This document shows positions 37,945 through 47,374 of a DNA stretch of 64,000 bases, piece by piece; positions within the stretch are counted from its first letter, which is position 1, and each line of letters opens with the position of its first letter. The notes under the pieces were generated by a model, which had not been told where the DNA came from, did not search any database, and saw only the letters and a list, made by a program, of their open reading frames with translations. The stretch lies in IMG/VR virus record IMGVR_UViG_3300042569_001787, positions 1 to 64,000 of that record, one strand, 5' to 3'. The DNA is from a virus. The translations under genes were made by a program, and so were the position numbers.

Positions 37945-38550
37945 ATGTCCACAGAAGTTATTGTTGCGTTTATATCAGGCGTATTAGGTCCTATTATTCT
38001 TTTATATACAAAGAACAAATTAGAGAAAAAAAAAGAAATGCCTGACATGGTTAAAGAAACACTACTAGTTAGTGAATTAATTACAACAAAAATTGAACAT
38101 ATTAAAGAAGAATTTAAAGCGGACAGAGTTTGGATAACACAATTTCATAATGGAGGTCACTTTTACCCGACAGGTAAATCAATGGCAAAATTCAGTGTCA
38201 TTTATGAGACGGTTTCCCAAAATACAAATTCAATTCAATCAAATTTTCAAAACATTCCTGTTAATTTATTTAGTAAGTCTATCAATTATTTACTGGAAAA
38301 TGATGTAATTCAAATTCACGATTATAAAGACGAATCTGTCGCAACTCACGGTTTAAAATATATTGCGGAAGATACAGGATGTAAATCAGGGTATTTATTT
38401 TCAATAAAAACAATTGATAATAAGTTTATTGGGACCTTAGGGTTAGATTTTTCAAAAAGAAAAACAAAACTTGATGTGGAGATGATAAATCACTTACAAG
38501 TTCACGCAACTTCAATTGGTGGAGTTCTTATGGGTCACCTAAATGGTTAA
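37945..38550 (+). CDS. N-terminal TM + GAF-like domain (T4 gpt holin-like architecture)
   Basis: TM; ADRVWITQFHNGG; FIGTLGLDF. Confidence 0.6.
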   Translation: MSTEVIVAFISGVLGPIILLYTKNKLEKKKEMPDMVKETLLVSELITTKIEHIKEEFKADRVWITQFHNGGHFYPTGKSMAKFSVIYETVSQNTNSIQSNFQNIPVNLFSKSINYLLENDVIQIHDYKDESVATHGLKYIAEDTGCKSGYLFSIKTIDNKFIGTLGLDFSKRKTKLDVEMINHLQVHATSIGGVLMGHLNG

Positions 38551-38579
38551 CAAACCTAAATCTCTTTATATTTATTAAG

Positions 38580-39791
38580 ATGAGAAGTTATATTAACGAG
38601 AAGCCCGAATCGGTCCAACCTTTAAAATATAGTAATGTTAATTTTAAACAAATTGGTCACGGTAATCCCGCCTCTGATAAAATAAACCCATCTTTATTAA
38701 TGGACGTAAATTTAGCAGCTAAAAACGCTAATGTTATGGCCAGTGTAACAACCGCAGTTTCAGGACATAAAAAAGGTACTAGACATGAGCTTGGTTTGGC
38801 GGTTGATTTGGCAATGTTTGATAATAAAGGTTACGGTAGTAAAGAAAGTGCTCAAAAAAAAGGTATTTACGATAAAATTGAAAAATTTGTTAGAACCCTA
38901 GAATCTATGGGGTATAAAGTAAATTCTGAACGAGGTAACGATAAAGCCGTTTTATGGTTTGGATTCCCAAATCATCATCATCATGTTCATGTATCAAGAA
39001 AATCTGATAATGGTACGTCTACAGGGAGTGATACTCAATCTACAAATTTTAAAAACTTACCTGAAAAAATTAAATCCTCGATAAATAAATTAAAAACAAA
39101 GTATGGTATTAACATTACTCAATCACATATTGATAAAGAATTTAAACAAGAAGGTAATATACAACCAGATAATGGAGGGATTAATAACGAAGCTAAGAAA
39201 AGTATTGAAAAATTAATAAAAGATTGTAAAAAAGCAAACCCTAAAATTCGGTTTCCCGACGGTATTGTTTCTGATTATAGAAGTTATGATGACCAAGTAG
39301 ATAATTTTGGAAAAAAAGCTAAAGATAGGGGTGTTGATGACACACAAAAGTATAACACAATTCCTGGTTTTTCTCAACACCACACAGGAAAGGCCTTTGA
39401 CATATTTAGTACTGAACCTAGTTGGTGGGATACAAATTCAGGGGTTAAAAATTGGGTTGCGGATAATTGTAAAAAATATGGGTTTAAGGTAACTTACAAT
39501 GTTGATGGGGTACTTAGAAAAAAAGAACCTTGGCATTTATTCTATATTGGTAATGAATCAATCACAACAACGTCTAATTCAACTAACGATTCAACCTCTA
39601 ACTCAACTTCTATCTCAACTAATGATTTGACTAATGATTTGACTAATGATTTGACTAATGATTCATCACAAAGTAACGACGTTATCCAAAAATTTTTAAG
39701 CCCATTGTTAGGTTCTTTAGGGTTTAAAGAAGGTGAGGAACCAACCAATAAATTGATTGAGGATATTAAAAGAATTAAAAATTTATTATAA
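38580..39791 (+). CDS. double M15-family peptidoglycan peptidase (M15-like + VanY-like)
   Basis: H..G.AVD...HVHV; YRSYDDQ...PGFSQHHTGKAFD...EPWH. Confidence 0.85.
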   Translation: MRSYINEKPESVQPLKYSNVNFKQIGHGNPASDKINPSLLMDVNLAAKNANVMASVTTAVSGHKKGTRHELGLAVDLAMFDNKGYGSKESAQKKGIYDKIEKFVRTLESMGYKVNSERGNDKAVLWFGFPNHHHHVHVSRKSDNGTSTGSDTQSTNFKNLPEKIKSSINKLKTKYGINITQSHIDKEFKQEGNIQPDNGGINNEAKKSIEKLIKDCKKANPKIRFPDGIVSDYRSYDDQVDNFGKKAKDRGVDDTQKYNTIPGFSQHHTGKAFDIFSTEPSWWDTNSGVKNWVADNCKKYGFKVTYNVDGVLRKKEPWHLFYIGNESITTTSNSTNDSTSNSTSISTNDLTNDLTNDLTNDSSQSNDVIQKFLSPLLGSLGFKEGEEPTNKLIEDIKRIKNLL

Positions 39792-40483
39792 TGGAAAAAT
39801 TTATTAACCCAGCCCCGTATGGTAATATGAAATCATCTATGATGTCAAAATCTGTTGATTTAATTGCATACCCAAATTCAAAATTAATAAATCCGTATGA
39901 CGGTGTTATTATTTTTGACAGAACACCTTCTTGTGAAAATTTTATTAAAATTAAACATGAGTTTAATGGTGATGATATATATTCCGAATTTTGTAATGTC
40001 GGTAAATCATTTGTTTCACCAGGCGATAGAATAAAACAAGGTCAAATTATTGGGTATTTCACTGACGATAGAATTAGTTACTCAATAAAAAACAATGATG
40101 ATAAAAAATTAGACGTATCAACATATCTAAAAGGGGTTGGTCCTAAAAAAGAAGAGCCTAAAAAAGAAGAACCTAAAAAAGAAGAACCTAAAAAAGAAGA
40201 CCCTAAAAAAGAAGACCCTAAAAAAAATAAACCAATACAAGATGACCCTAAACTTGATAATGACCCTAAACTTGATATTGGAAATAAAAATGTTGGGTCT
40301 GGTAATGTTTTCTTAGACACATTATTATCCCCATTTTCAATTGCCAATGATATTACCAAAGGTGTCGGTAAAAACATCAAAGGTGTCGGTAAAAACATTA
40401 AGACAGCTTTCAAAGAAGATTATGGTAATAATAAAAGACTTGTCGAACAAATAGATAAGATTAAAAAAATTATAAATAATTAA
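39791..40483 (+). CDS. degenerate M23-like domain protein with KKE[ED]P repeats
   Basis: NPYDGV...VSPGDRIKQGQIIG, no zinc His motifs. Confidence 0.65.
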   Translation: MEKFINPAPYGNMKSSMMSKSVDLIAYPNSKLINPYDGVIIFDRTPSCENFIKIKHEFNGDDIYSEFCNVGKSFVSPGDRIKQGQIIGYFTDDRISYSIKNNDDKKLDVSTYLKGVGPKKEEPKKEEPKKEEPKKEDPKKEDPKKNKPIQDDPKLDNDPKLDIGNKNVGSGNVFLDTLLSPFSIANDITKGVGKNIKGVGKNIKTAFKEDYGNNKRLVEQIDKIKKIINN

Positions 40484-40518
40484 ACAATCCCCCTTTTTTA
40501 GGGGGTTTTTTTTCTTTA

Positions 40519-40745
40519 AAAAAAAATTTAGTAAATCAAAAAAGTTTACTTATCTTTGTACAACAAAAGAGATAGATAACAATTCAGATACAAATCTTAA
40601 AAAAAAAATAAAAAAAGATTTGGTAAATCGAAAAAGTTTACTTATCTTTGTACAACAAAAGAGATAGATAACGATTCAGATACAAATCTTTAAAAAAAAT
40701 AAAAAAAGATTTGGTAAATTGAAAAAGTTTACTTATCTTTGTAAA
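40519..40745 (+). repeat. three tandem ~91-92-bp units each containing a Bacteroidota promoter
   Basis: TTT[AG]GTAAAT..AAAAAGTTTACTTATCTTTGTA with -7 boxes at 40551, 40643, 40734. Confidence 0.9.
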
Positions 40746-40750
40746 ACAAA

Positions 40751-40778
40751 TCGGAAGAGTCCGAAACGTTCTTTGAAA
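40751..40778 (+). promoter_or_regulatory. boxB-like hairpin and boxA antitermination element
   Basis: TCGGA-agag-TCCGA then GTTCTTTGAAA. Confidence 0.7.
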
Positions 40779-40784
40779 TATTAT

Positions 40785-41628
40785 TATCCATTACAACACT
40801 TCGGTGTTGTATAAAAGATAATCGGCCGTATATGGTCGTTAAATAAACCTCGAAAGGGGGATAAAGTGAAATCATCGTGTTAATGGTTTTGCGGTTCGGG
40901 TAACCGAACTCGAGTATACAAGTGGGATATCAGTGAGCCTGTAGTACCGAGGATAACTTCGTAGGGAAATGGAAAACTGAACGGGCAATGTGGATTGTCA
41001 GTTTGAGGTGGGAACACCAATAAGAATAACCCATAGGGGCCAAGTGAGAAGTGTACTCCAAATACACAATTGCGGGTCCCAATATAAGAGGTGACTTAAA
41101 ACCGAAGGGATAAAACCTGAAGGTAAGATAGAGAACGAGTGGTGTCGCTAATATCCTTACCACAGACCCACCAAGGTCTTGGTACGAAGTAATCTTAAAA
41201 TATGAGAGTGGGGACACTCTACCGAGTAGAAAAGTATCTTGTTGTTCAAAAGACAACGAGGCTTAAGACGGACCTCTACTTGGAATCATCCACAACACAT
41301 AACTTATACTAAATTTAAGTAAAACTAAAATAACTATAAGCAAAAGTGTTCGTCAGGTTTTGATGAAAGTCGCCTACATAGTCATGAGTTGTTCATGGCA
41401 TACCGAGACCGCAAGTCAACGTATATTGTTACCAAAAACCTCTAAGGAGTCGAATCCTAAGTCAGTTCGCAAGATTGAGGAGAGTAGAGTAGTAATAGAG
41501 TAGTTAAAACCTTAAGAAGTGATTGGTCTAACCAATCGGCGATGAGGATTACCATTCAAAAGATGGTGGAAATGAAGGGAAACAATAATCCTTCTAAAGA
41601 TTCTCACAAAACGGTGTATTCTCAGCCC
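40785..41628 (+). ncRNA. large structured ncRNA, GOLLD-like (~840 nt)
   Basis: No credible ORF, raised GC, many GNRA/UUCG hairpins and AGTA/GAA E-loop-like motifs, 3' end GGTGTATTCTCAGCC, own promoter and terminator; family assignment from memory. Confidence 0.7.
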
Positions 41629-41668
41629 TTTTTAAAATTACCCAATATATAGAATACGATTTTTAATC

Positions 41669-41764
41669 AAACCTCAATAATCTTGGGGTTTTTTTATTTT
41701 AAAAAAAGTTTTGTAATTTAATTTATGTGTATAAAAAAACCCCACCTTTTTAAGATGAGGTTTA
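41669..41764. terminator. back-to-back terminators for the convergent GOLLD-like RNA and tmRNA
   Basis: AAACCTCAA..TTGGGGTTTTTTT (+) and AAAAAAACCCCA..TGAGGTTT (-). Confidence 0.7.
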
Positions 41765-41769
41765 ATTAG

Positions 41770-42156
41770 TGGAGGTAGAGGGGTTCGAACCCTCGTGTTG
41801 TACACCTTACCTATTAAGGACTACACGCTTAGGATAACATTTTCTAATGTTCCAAAAATAGTTAGTTCGTTCTTCACCATCGTAAACTAACAACCAATGG
41901 ATGACTCAATTTTGGGTTCAGTCATTTTTCCACCCTTGTAAAGACTTCTGTTCCTAGGTTGTATGTCCACCGACCCGTATGGTTGTTTCCTATATGTTAG
42001 GCAACTACCGCAGCGTCTTCACGGATTAATCCGATTGTCGCCATTTTGTTTAAAACGTTTCCGTTTACTGTTTACATCCGTAGATTTAAGTGAAAGGATA
42101 CATCTCACTGCGTGCCCCGAATAACTAACAATGCCAGTCAATTCCAAGTTACCCCC
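41770..42156 (-). ncRNA. ssrA: tmRNA
   Basis: 5' GGGGGTA / 3' TACCTCCA with G3.U, GGAATTGAC D-like loop, GGTTCGAACCC T-arm, internal tag ORF 42062-41997. Confidence 0.93.
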
Positions 42157-42159
42157 ATA

Positions 42160-42214
42160 TTTTAAAGAACTTATTTCTTGTACAAAGATAGTAAAGTCTT
42201 ATTAATTACCAAAC
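42160..42214 (-). promoter_or_regulatory. tmRNA promoter and boxA
   Basis: Minus strand TTTGG...TATCTTTG...AGTTCTTTAAA. Confidence 0.7.
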
Positions 42215-42244
42215 TATTTTATATTTATATGTAAATAAATATTT

Positions 42245-43609
42245 GTGAAAGATTCAAAAAATGCTAAAATAATATTTGAAAACGAGTATGTTGTATTTGT
42301 ACAGGTGTTCAACAAGAACGCGGCCACATATTACGGACCTCCAAAAGTTACTGAATTATATGACCGAGATTTTAGTCATGGTGAATTATTTTTTGCCGTA
42401 AGTAAATTTAATCCTGGCCCTGAATATATATATACACTATACAAACCTACAGACGGTGAACTTGAATACTATTCAGGTATTGAATTAAAACTTGAAAGTT
42501 ACGATAACATCACATTTAAGTATCCGTACTTAAAACCCTATGTCCAAGATATTAGAGGAAATAGTGAAATATATGATTTGTTATTGAAAATTAAAAATGG
42601 TCAAAAGGTAAATAACTGGGACGCTAATAACTTTGACCCAATCGTATATGACATCAAATTTAATGAACAAACACCGGGTAAGAGTAGAGTTAAATTAAAA
42701 TTTGACAATTATGAGGATTATTGGAAATTATTTGACCTATCTGATGGAGATATTTGGTTTGCAAATTACGTATATTCTAATTATGAGTCCTACGATTTTG
42801 AAAGTGGAGATTTTGTTGATGAGGATTGGAAAAGAGGTTATTTATTACGTGAATTAAATGATGAAAACCTAATTAAATTAAAAGAAATTTTAAAAATACT
42901 ATCACCAGAACTTTCACAATTACGAAATGATGAAGAATGGGAAAAATCGTCTAGTTTATTATTAACAACATTTGAACGTGAATCTCAGGAAATTATGTCT
43001 GATTGGTTGTCAGAAAGAAATAACTGTAAAGAACGAGGTGCCCGTAAGATGATGGAAGACGACTGTTGTAATTTTTTCCAAAATTATGGAATATTCAATA
43101 TGGGAAATTGTTTTTATAGTTATGTGACGACAGTATCGGTGTTATTATCTTTATATTCAATGACGGGAGAAAGACATTTAACGGTTAGTGAGGTTTTAAG
43201 TGATATTGGACATAAATCAGGCAATATTGGTGGATGGGAAGAATATTCTTATGAACAAGATTGTATTGATTTTGATGATGAATCATTTAATCGTACTTGT
43301 GGTTGGCAATTAGATAATATGTTTACTAAACTTGAAGACTCTGACGAATTTGAGGATATTAAAAAATTCTCAGATAATGCGTCAAAAATTTTAAGTAAGT
43401 ACGATATGGAAACTAATTACAAATTACCCAAAGACGAATCAAGAAATTTTAAAATAGTTAAAATGAACCCAAAAACAAATAAAGTCCATGTTGTGGTTTC
43501 ATTAAAAGGTGGGTATCGTGGAGAAGAAAGAAGTTATGATTTTGAAGACTTTGACCAACTTTTACATCAATCGGAATTATTTGAAAATAAATTTGTCAAA
43601 GTCAAGTAA
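42245..43609 (+). CDS. hypothetical acidic protein
   Basis: 454-aa ORF, GTG start. Confidence 0.7.
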   Translation: MKDSKNAKIIFENEYVVFVQVFNKNAATYYGPPKVTELYDRDFSHGELFFAVSKFNPGPEYIYTLYKPTDGELEYYSGIELKLESYDNITFKYPYLKPYVQDIRGNSEIYDLLLKIKNGQKVNNWDANNFDPIVYDIKFNEQTPGKSRVKLKFDNYEDYWKLFDLSDGDIWFANYVYSNYESYDFESGDFVDEDWKRGYLLRELNDENLIKLKEILKILSPELSQLRNDEEWEKSSSLLLTTFERESQEIMSDWLSERNNCKERGARKMMEDDCCNFFQNYGIFNMGNCFYSYVTTVSVLLSLYSMTGERHLTVSEVLSDIGHKSGNIGGWEEYSYEQDCIDFDDESFNRTCGWQLDNMFTKLEDSDEFEDIKKFSDNASKILSKYDMETNYKLPKDESRNFKIVKMNPKTNKVHVVVSLKGGYRGEERSYDFEDFDQLLHQSELFENKFVKVK

Positions 43610-43627
43610 TTTACTTATCTTTGGCCT

Positions 43628-44458
43628 ATGGAGAGAAACTATCAATTACTAAAGGACGTTTTGTCGGTCCCAACAAAGACATATAAGGAAGACCGAATGA
43701 TTGAGTTTTTAGTTAATTGGTTAACTGAAAACCAAATACCATTTCAAGTTGACAAACACCGAAACATTTACGCAACTAAAACATCTCAGGATATTACTGA
43801 AGATTTCTTTTTCCCGTGTGTTATTGCCCATACTGACACCGTACATCAATTAGATGTTATAAACGTCAAAGAAATGGAATTACCTAACGCTCAGGGAGTA
43901 ATTAAACCATCTTTAAAAGCGTTCAACGATTTAGGACAATCAACAGGAATTGGTGGTGATGATAAATGTGGCGTTTATGCATGTTTAGAATTATTAAAAG
44001 AATTACCAAATCTTAAAGCAGCATTTTTTGTTTCTGAAGAAACAGGTTGTCACGGTTCAAAACAAGCCGATAAAGATTTCTTCAAGAACGTAGGGTACGG
44101 AATTCAATTTGATGCACCTGAGAATTGGATGGTTAGTGAGTTCTGTATGGGTGTTCAGTTATTTGGTAGAGACACCGAGTTTTTTAAATCGTGTGATGAG
44201 GTATTAACCGAAACATTTAATCCTGACAGAAAATATCAGTCTCACCCATATACCGATGTTTACGCATTGAAGAATACATTTGACTTCTCATGTATTAACT
44301 TCTCAATTGGGTACTATGATTACCACACAAGAGAAGAATATGTGGTTATTGAGGATGTTTATAACGGAATTAAAACGGGTAAAGAATTAATTGAAAAATT
44401 GGGTAACGTAAAATACCCATTCAAATCAAAACCACGATACAGTTATTTATTTGACTAA
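43628..44458 (+). CDS. M28/M42-like zinc peptidase
   Basis: AHTDTV, GGDDKCG, EETG, D, YH metal ligands. Confidence 0.85.
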   Translation: MERNYQLLKDVLSVPTKTYKEDRMIEFLVNWLTENQIPFQVDKHRNIYATKTSQDITEDFFFPCVIAHTDTVHQLDVINVKEMELPNAQGVIKPSLKAFNDLGQSTGIGGDDKCGVYACLELLKELPNLKAAFFVSEETGCHGSKQADKDFFKNVGYGIQFDAPENWMVSEFCMGVQLFGRDTEFFKSCDEVLTETFNPDRKYQSHPYTDVYALKNTFDFSCINFSIGYYDYHTREEYVVIEDVYNGIKTGKELIEKLGNVKYPFKSKPRYSYLFD

Positions 44459-44656
44459 AAAAACTCCTACGTCATTAATTTTAAGCTCATTTTACCTTTA
44501 TTTCAAGCTCATTTTTTATTAAAATTGAACGATAAAGTTATTAAAATTGAACGATAAAGTTAATCATTATGAGCTCTATTTTACTATTTGAATCTCAAAT
44601 TCAAAACGTATAATGTGGAGTTATTTTTTACTTATTAATGAACATAAAAAAAGGGG

Positions 44657-46699
44657 TTATTCAACCCCTTTTCTTTTTCGTGTAACTTTCTTCACTTCTT
44701 TAAATTTAACATCCCCATTTTCACTAATTAACGTATATTTAGTGTTTTCTTGAATGTTACTCTTAAGAACTTCTTCCGATATAAAGTCTTCAATTTTATC
44801 TTGAATAGCCCTTTTCAATGGACGAGCCCCATACATGTCATCAAACCCAACCTCAGAAATCATATCGACAAGTGAGTCATCAAATATTATATTATATTTA
44901 AGACCCGTTAATCTTTCTGATAAGACACTCAACTCAAGTTTAACAATTTTTTTAACATCTTCTTTCACTAATGAATTAAAAATAATGACTTCATCAATAC
45001 GGTTTAAAAATTCAGGGGCAAAAAACTTCTTAAGCTCTTTCTTCAAAACTTCTCTTTTTTGTTCTTCTTCAACGTAAGAACTTGAGCTAGTTTTAAACCC
45101 TACTCCAGCACCAAAATCTTGTAGTTTCTTAACCCCAACATTTGATGTCATAATAATAATACAGTTTTTGAAATTAATCTTTCTTCCCATACCATCAGTT
45201 AGATGACCGTCATCCAACACTTGTAATAATGTTGAGAATATGTCTTTGTTTGCTTTTTCAATCTCATCAAACAAAATTACTGAGTAAGGTTTGTTTTTAA
45301 CTTGTTCGGTTAATTGTCCTCCTTCATCATAACCAACATATCCTGGAGGTGCTCCAATTAATCTTGAGATACTATGTTTTTCTTGATATTCAGACATATC
45401 TACACGAATCATATTTTCCTGACTACCAAACATTTGTTTTGCTAATTGTTTTGCTAAGTAGGTTTTACCCACACCTGTTGAACCAAGAAAAATAAATGAA
45501 CCAATTGGTTTATTAGGGTCTTTGATGCCTAATCTGTTTCGTCTGATTGACTTAGCGATTTTCATAACCGCCTCAGATTGCCCAATAACTTTATCAGATA
45601 AGTTTGCCTCCATTTCAGACAATAATTTAGTTTCATCCGCATTTAGTTTACTGATAGGGATTTTGGTCATATTTGAAACAACCTCATAAACCAATTCAAT
45701 AGAAACTTCTTTCTTCTTAACTAAAAGTTCATCTTCAAATTTTTTCTTCTCAACATCTAATTTATTAAGAATACGTTTTTCTTTATCACGTAAATTTGCA
45801 GCTTCTTCGTAATTTTGTTTTTTAACAACATCAAGTTTTTCAATTTTAACATCTGTGGCCGCTTGTTTTAATTTTTCAATAATCTCAGGCATTTTAATTT
45901 CAACCTGACATCTTGCACCAACCTCATCAATAATATCAAACGCTTTATCAGGGAACTCTCTATCCGTGATATATCTTGCGGCCAAATCAACACACACAGA
46001 AAGTACTTCATCAGTATAGGATACCTTATGGAATGTTTCGTACTTATCTTTAACATTTTTAAGAATCTCTAATGTTTCTTCTTTTGTTGAAGCGTCAACA
46101 ATAACTTTTTGGAAACGTCTTTCTAACGCTCCATCCTTCTCAAAGTTTTTACGATACTCATCAAGAGTTGTAGCACCAACACATTGAATTTCTCCACGAG
46201 CAAGTGCTGGTTTAAAGATATTTGACGCATCTAAAGAACCTGATGAATTACCCGCCCCAACTATAGTGTGAATCTCATCAATAAACACAATGATATTTGG
46301 GGCGTTTTGTAATTCCTCAATAATTACTTTCATACGTTCCTCAAACTGACCACGATATTTTGTACCCGCAACTATTGAAGTCATATCCAACGATACAATT
46401 CTTTTATCCATTAAATTTCTTGGACATTCGCCGTTAAAAATTTTAATTGCCAATCCTTCTACAATTGCAGTTTTACCACAACCAGGCTCACCAATAATAA
46501 TAGGGTTGTTTTTCTTTCTACGAGAAAGAATTTGGGCAATCCTCGTAATTTCTCTCTCTCTACCAACAACAGGGTCTAATTTACCTTGTTCGGCTAATTT
46601 AATTAAATCTCTACTGAAGTTATCCAACACAGGTGTTGAAGAGTCAGATATTGATTTAGGTGGGTTATTCTTCCCCCCGTTGTCCACAGATTCTATCAT
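44657..46699 (-). CDS. clpC: ClpC-like AAA+ unfoldase lacking N-terminal Clp-repeat domain
   Basis: GEPGCGKT and GSTGVGKT Walker A; UVR-like QNYEEAANLRD; GVGF ClpP-docking loop. Confidence 0.88.
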   Translation of the reverse strand: MIESVDNGGKNNPPKSISDSSTPVLDNFSRDLIKLAEQGKLDPVVGREREITRIAQILSRRKKNNPIIIGEPGCGKTAIVEGLAIKIFNGECPRNLMDKRIVSLDMTSIVAGTKYRGQFEERMKVIIEELQNAPNIIVFIDEIHTIVGAGNSSGSLDASNIFKPALARGEIQCVGATTLDEYRKNFEKDGALERRFQKVIVDASTKEETLEILKNVKDKYETFHKVSYTDEVLSVCVDLAARYITDREFPDKAFDIIDEVGARCQVEIKMPEIIEKLKQAATDVKIEKLDVVKKQNYEEAANLRDKEKRILNKLDVEKKKFEDELLVKKKEVSIELVYEVVSNMTKIPISKLNADETKLLSEMEANLSDKVIGQSEAVMKIAKSIRRNRLGIKDPNKPIGSFIFLGSTGVGKTYLAKQLAKQMFGSQENMIRVDMSEYQEKHSISRLIGAPPGYVGYDEGGQLTEQVKNKPYSVILFDEIEKANKDIFSTLLQVLDDGHLTDGMGRKINFKNCIIIMTSNVGVKKLQDFGAGVGFKTSSSSYVEEEQKREVLKKELKKFFAPEFLNRIDEVIIFNSLVKEDVKKIVKLELSVLSERLTGLKYNIIFDDSLVDMISEVGFDDMYGARPLKRAIQDKIEDFISEEVLKSNIQENTKYTLISENGDVKFKEVKKVTRKRKGVE

Positions 46700-46809
46700 A
46701 TTTTGTTTTTAGTTAATTATAAGGATTAATTTTGTATTTTCAACTACAGGAACAAAGGTAAGAAAAATATCTAAATTAAAAAATTTAATTTTTGGTTATA
46801 TTTATGAAT

Positions 46810-47145
46810 ATGATAAAACACTATACCAAATATATTGAGACTCTTGGTGCCGACGAAGAACTTATAGAAACCTATAAGAATCTTAGACAGGCCTTTCAAA
46901 GAGAAGGATGGTCAGAAAAAGATTTAAAAAGCCCACCATACTACCCTCAAGATATTATGAAGAACCTTCAAAGGTTTAGTAGTTTACATTCAAAATTATT
47001 CCAAGAATTAAAAAGTTTTTTTCCTGATATTGACCACAATGAATTTGTTGATTATCTTAGGGGTAAATTACAAATAATAGATTCAGAAACACCTTTACAA
47101 AATGGCAGTAAAAAAAGAAGAGATAATCGGGACGAAGATTATTAA
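46810..47145 (+). CDS. hypothetical protein (start revised)
   Basis: ATG 4 nt after TATTTAT. Confidence 0.6.
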   Translation: MIKHYTKYIETLGADEELIETYKNLRQAFQREGWSEKDLKSPPYYPQDIMKNLQRFSSLHSKLFQELKSFFPDIDHNEFVDYLRGKLQIIDSETPLQNGSKKRRDNRDEDY

Positions 47146-47344
47146 TGAGATTGACTCAAGTAACTTAGTAAAAACTGAGTACGACACCGAAACCAAATTA
47201 ATGGTGGTGGAATTTAAAAACGGTATGAAATATCAATATGATGCGGTACCTCATGAGGTTTACACAAGATTTAGAATGAATGAATCACAAGGTAAATTTT
47301 TTAACACAGAAATTTCTAAAAAATTCAAATATACTAAACTTTAA
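47102..47344 (+). CDS. KTSC domain protein
   Basis: SSNL...YD...VEFKNG..YQY..VP...S.GKFFN..I. Confidence 0.9.
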   Translation: MAVKKEEIIGTKIINEIDSSNLVKTEYDTETKLMVVEFKNGMKYQYDAVPHEVYTRFRMNESQGKFFNTEISKKFKYTKL

Positions 47345-47374
47345 TTATTATCAATATTCGACTATTTATTATTA

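Noticed and set aside
40519-40745. Mini-CRISPR array
   Set aside because: Intervening sequences are near-identical, and each unit is a promoter
40785-41628. rRNA fragment, or the 108-aa minus-strand ORF 40930-41256
   Set aside because: No universal 16S/23S motifs recognised; the ORF has atypical composition and lies antisense to a promoter-driven structured RNA
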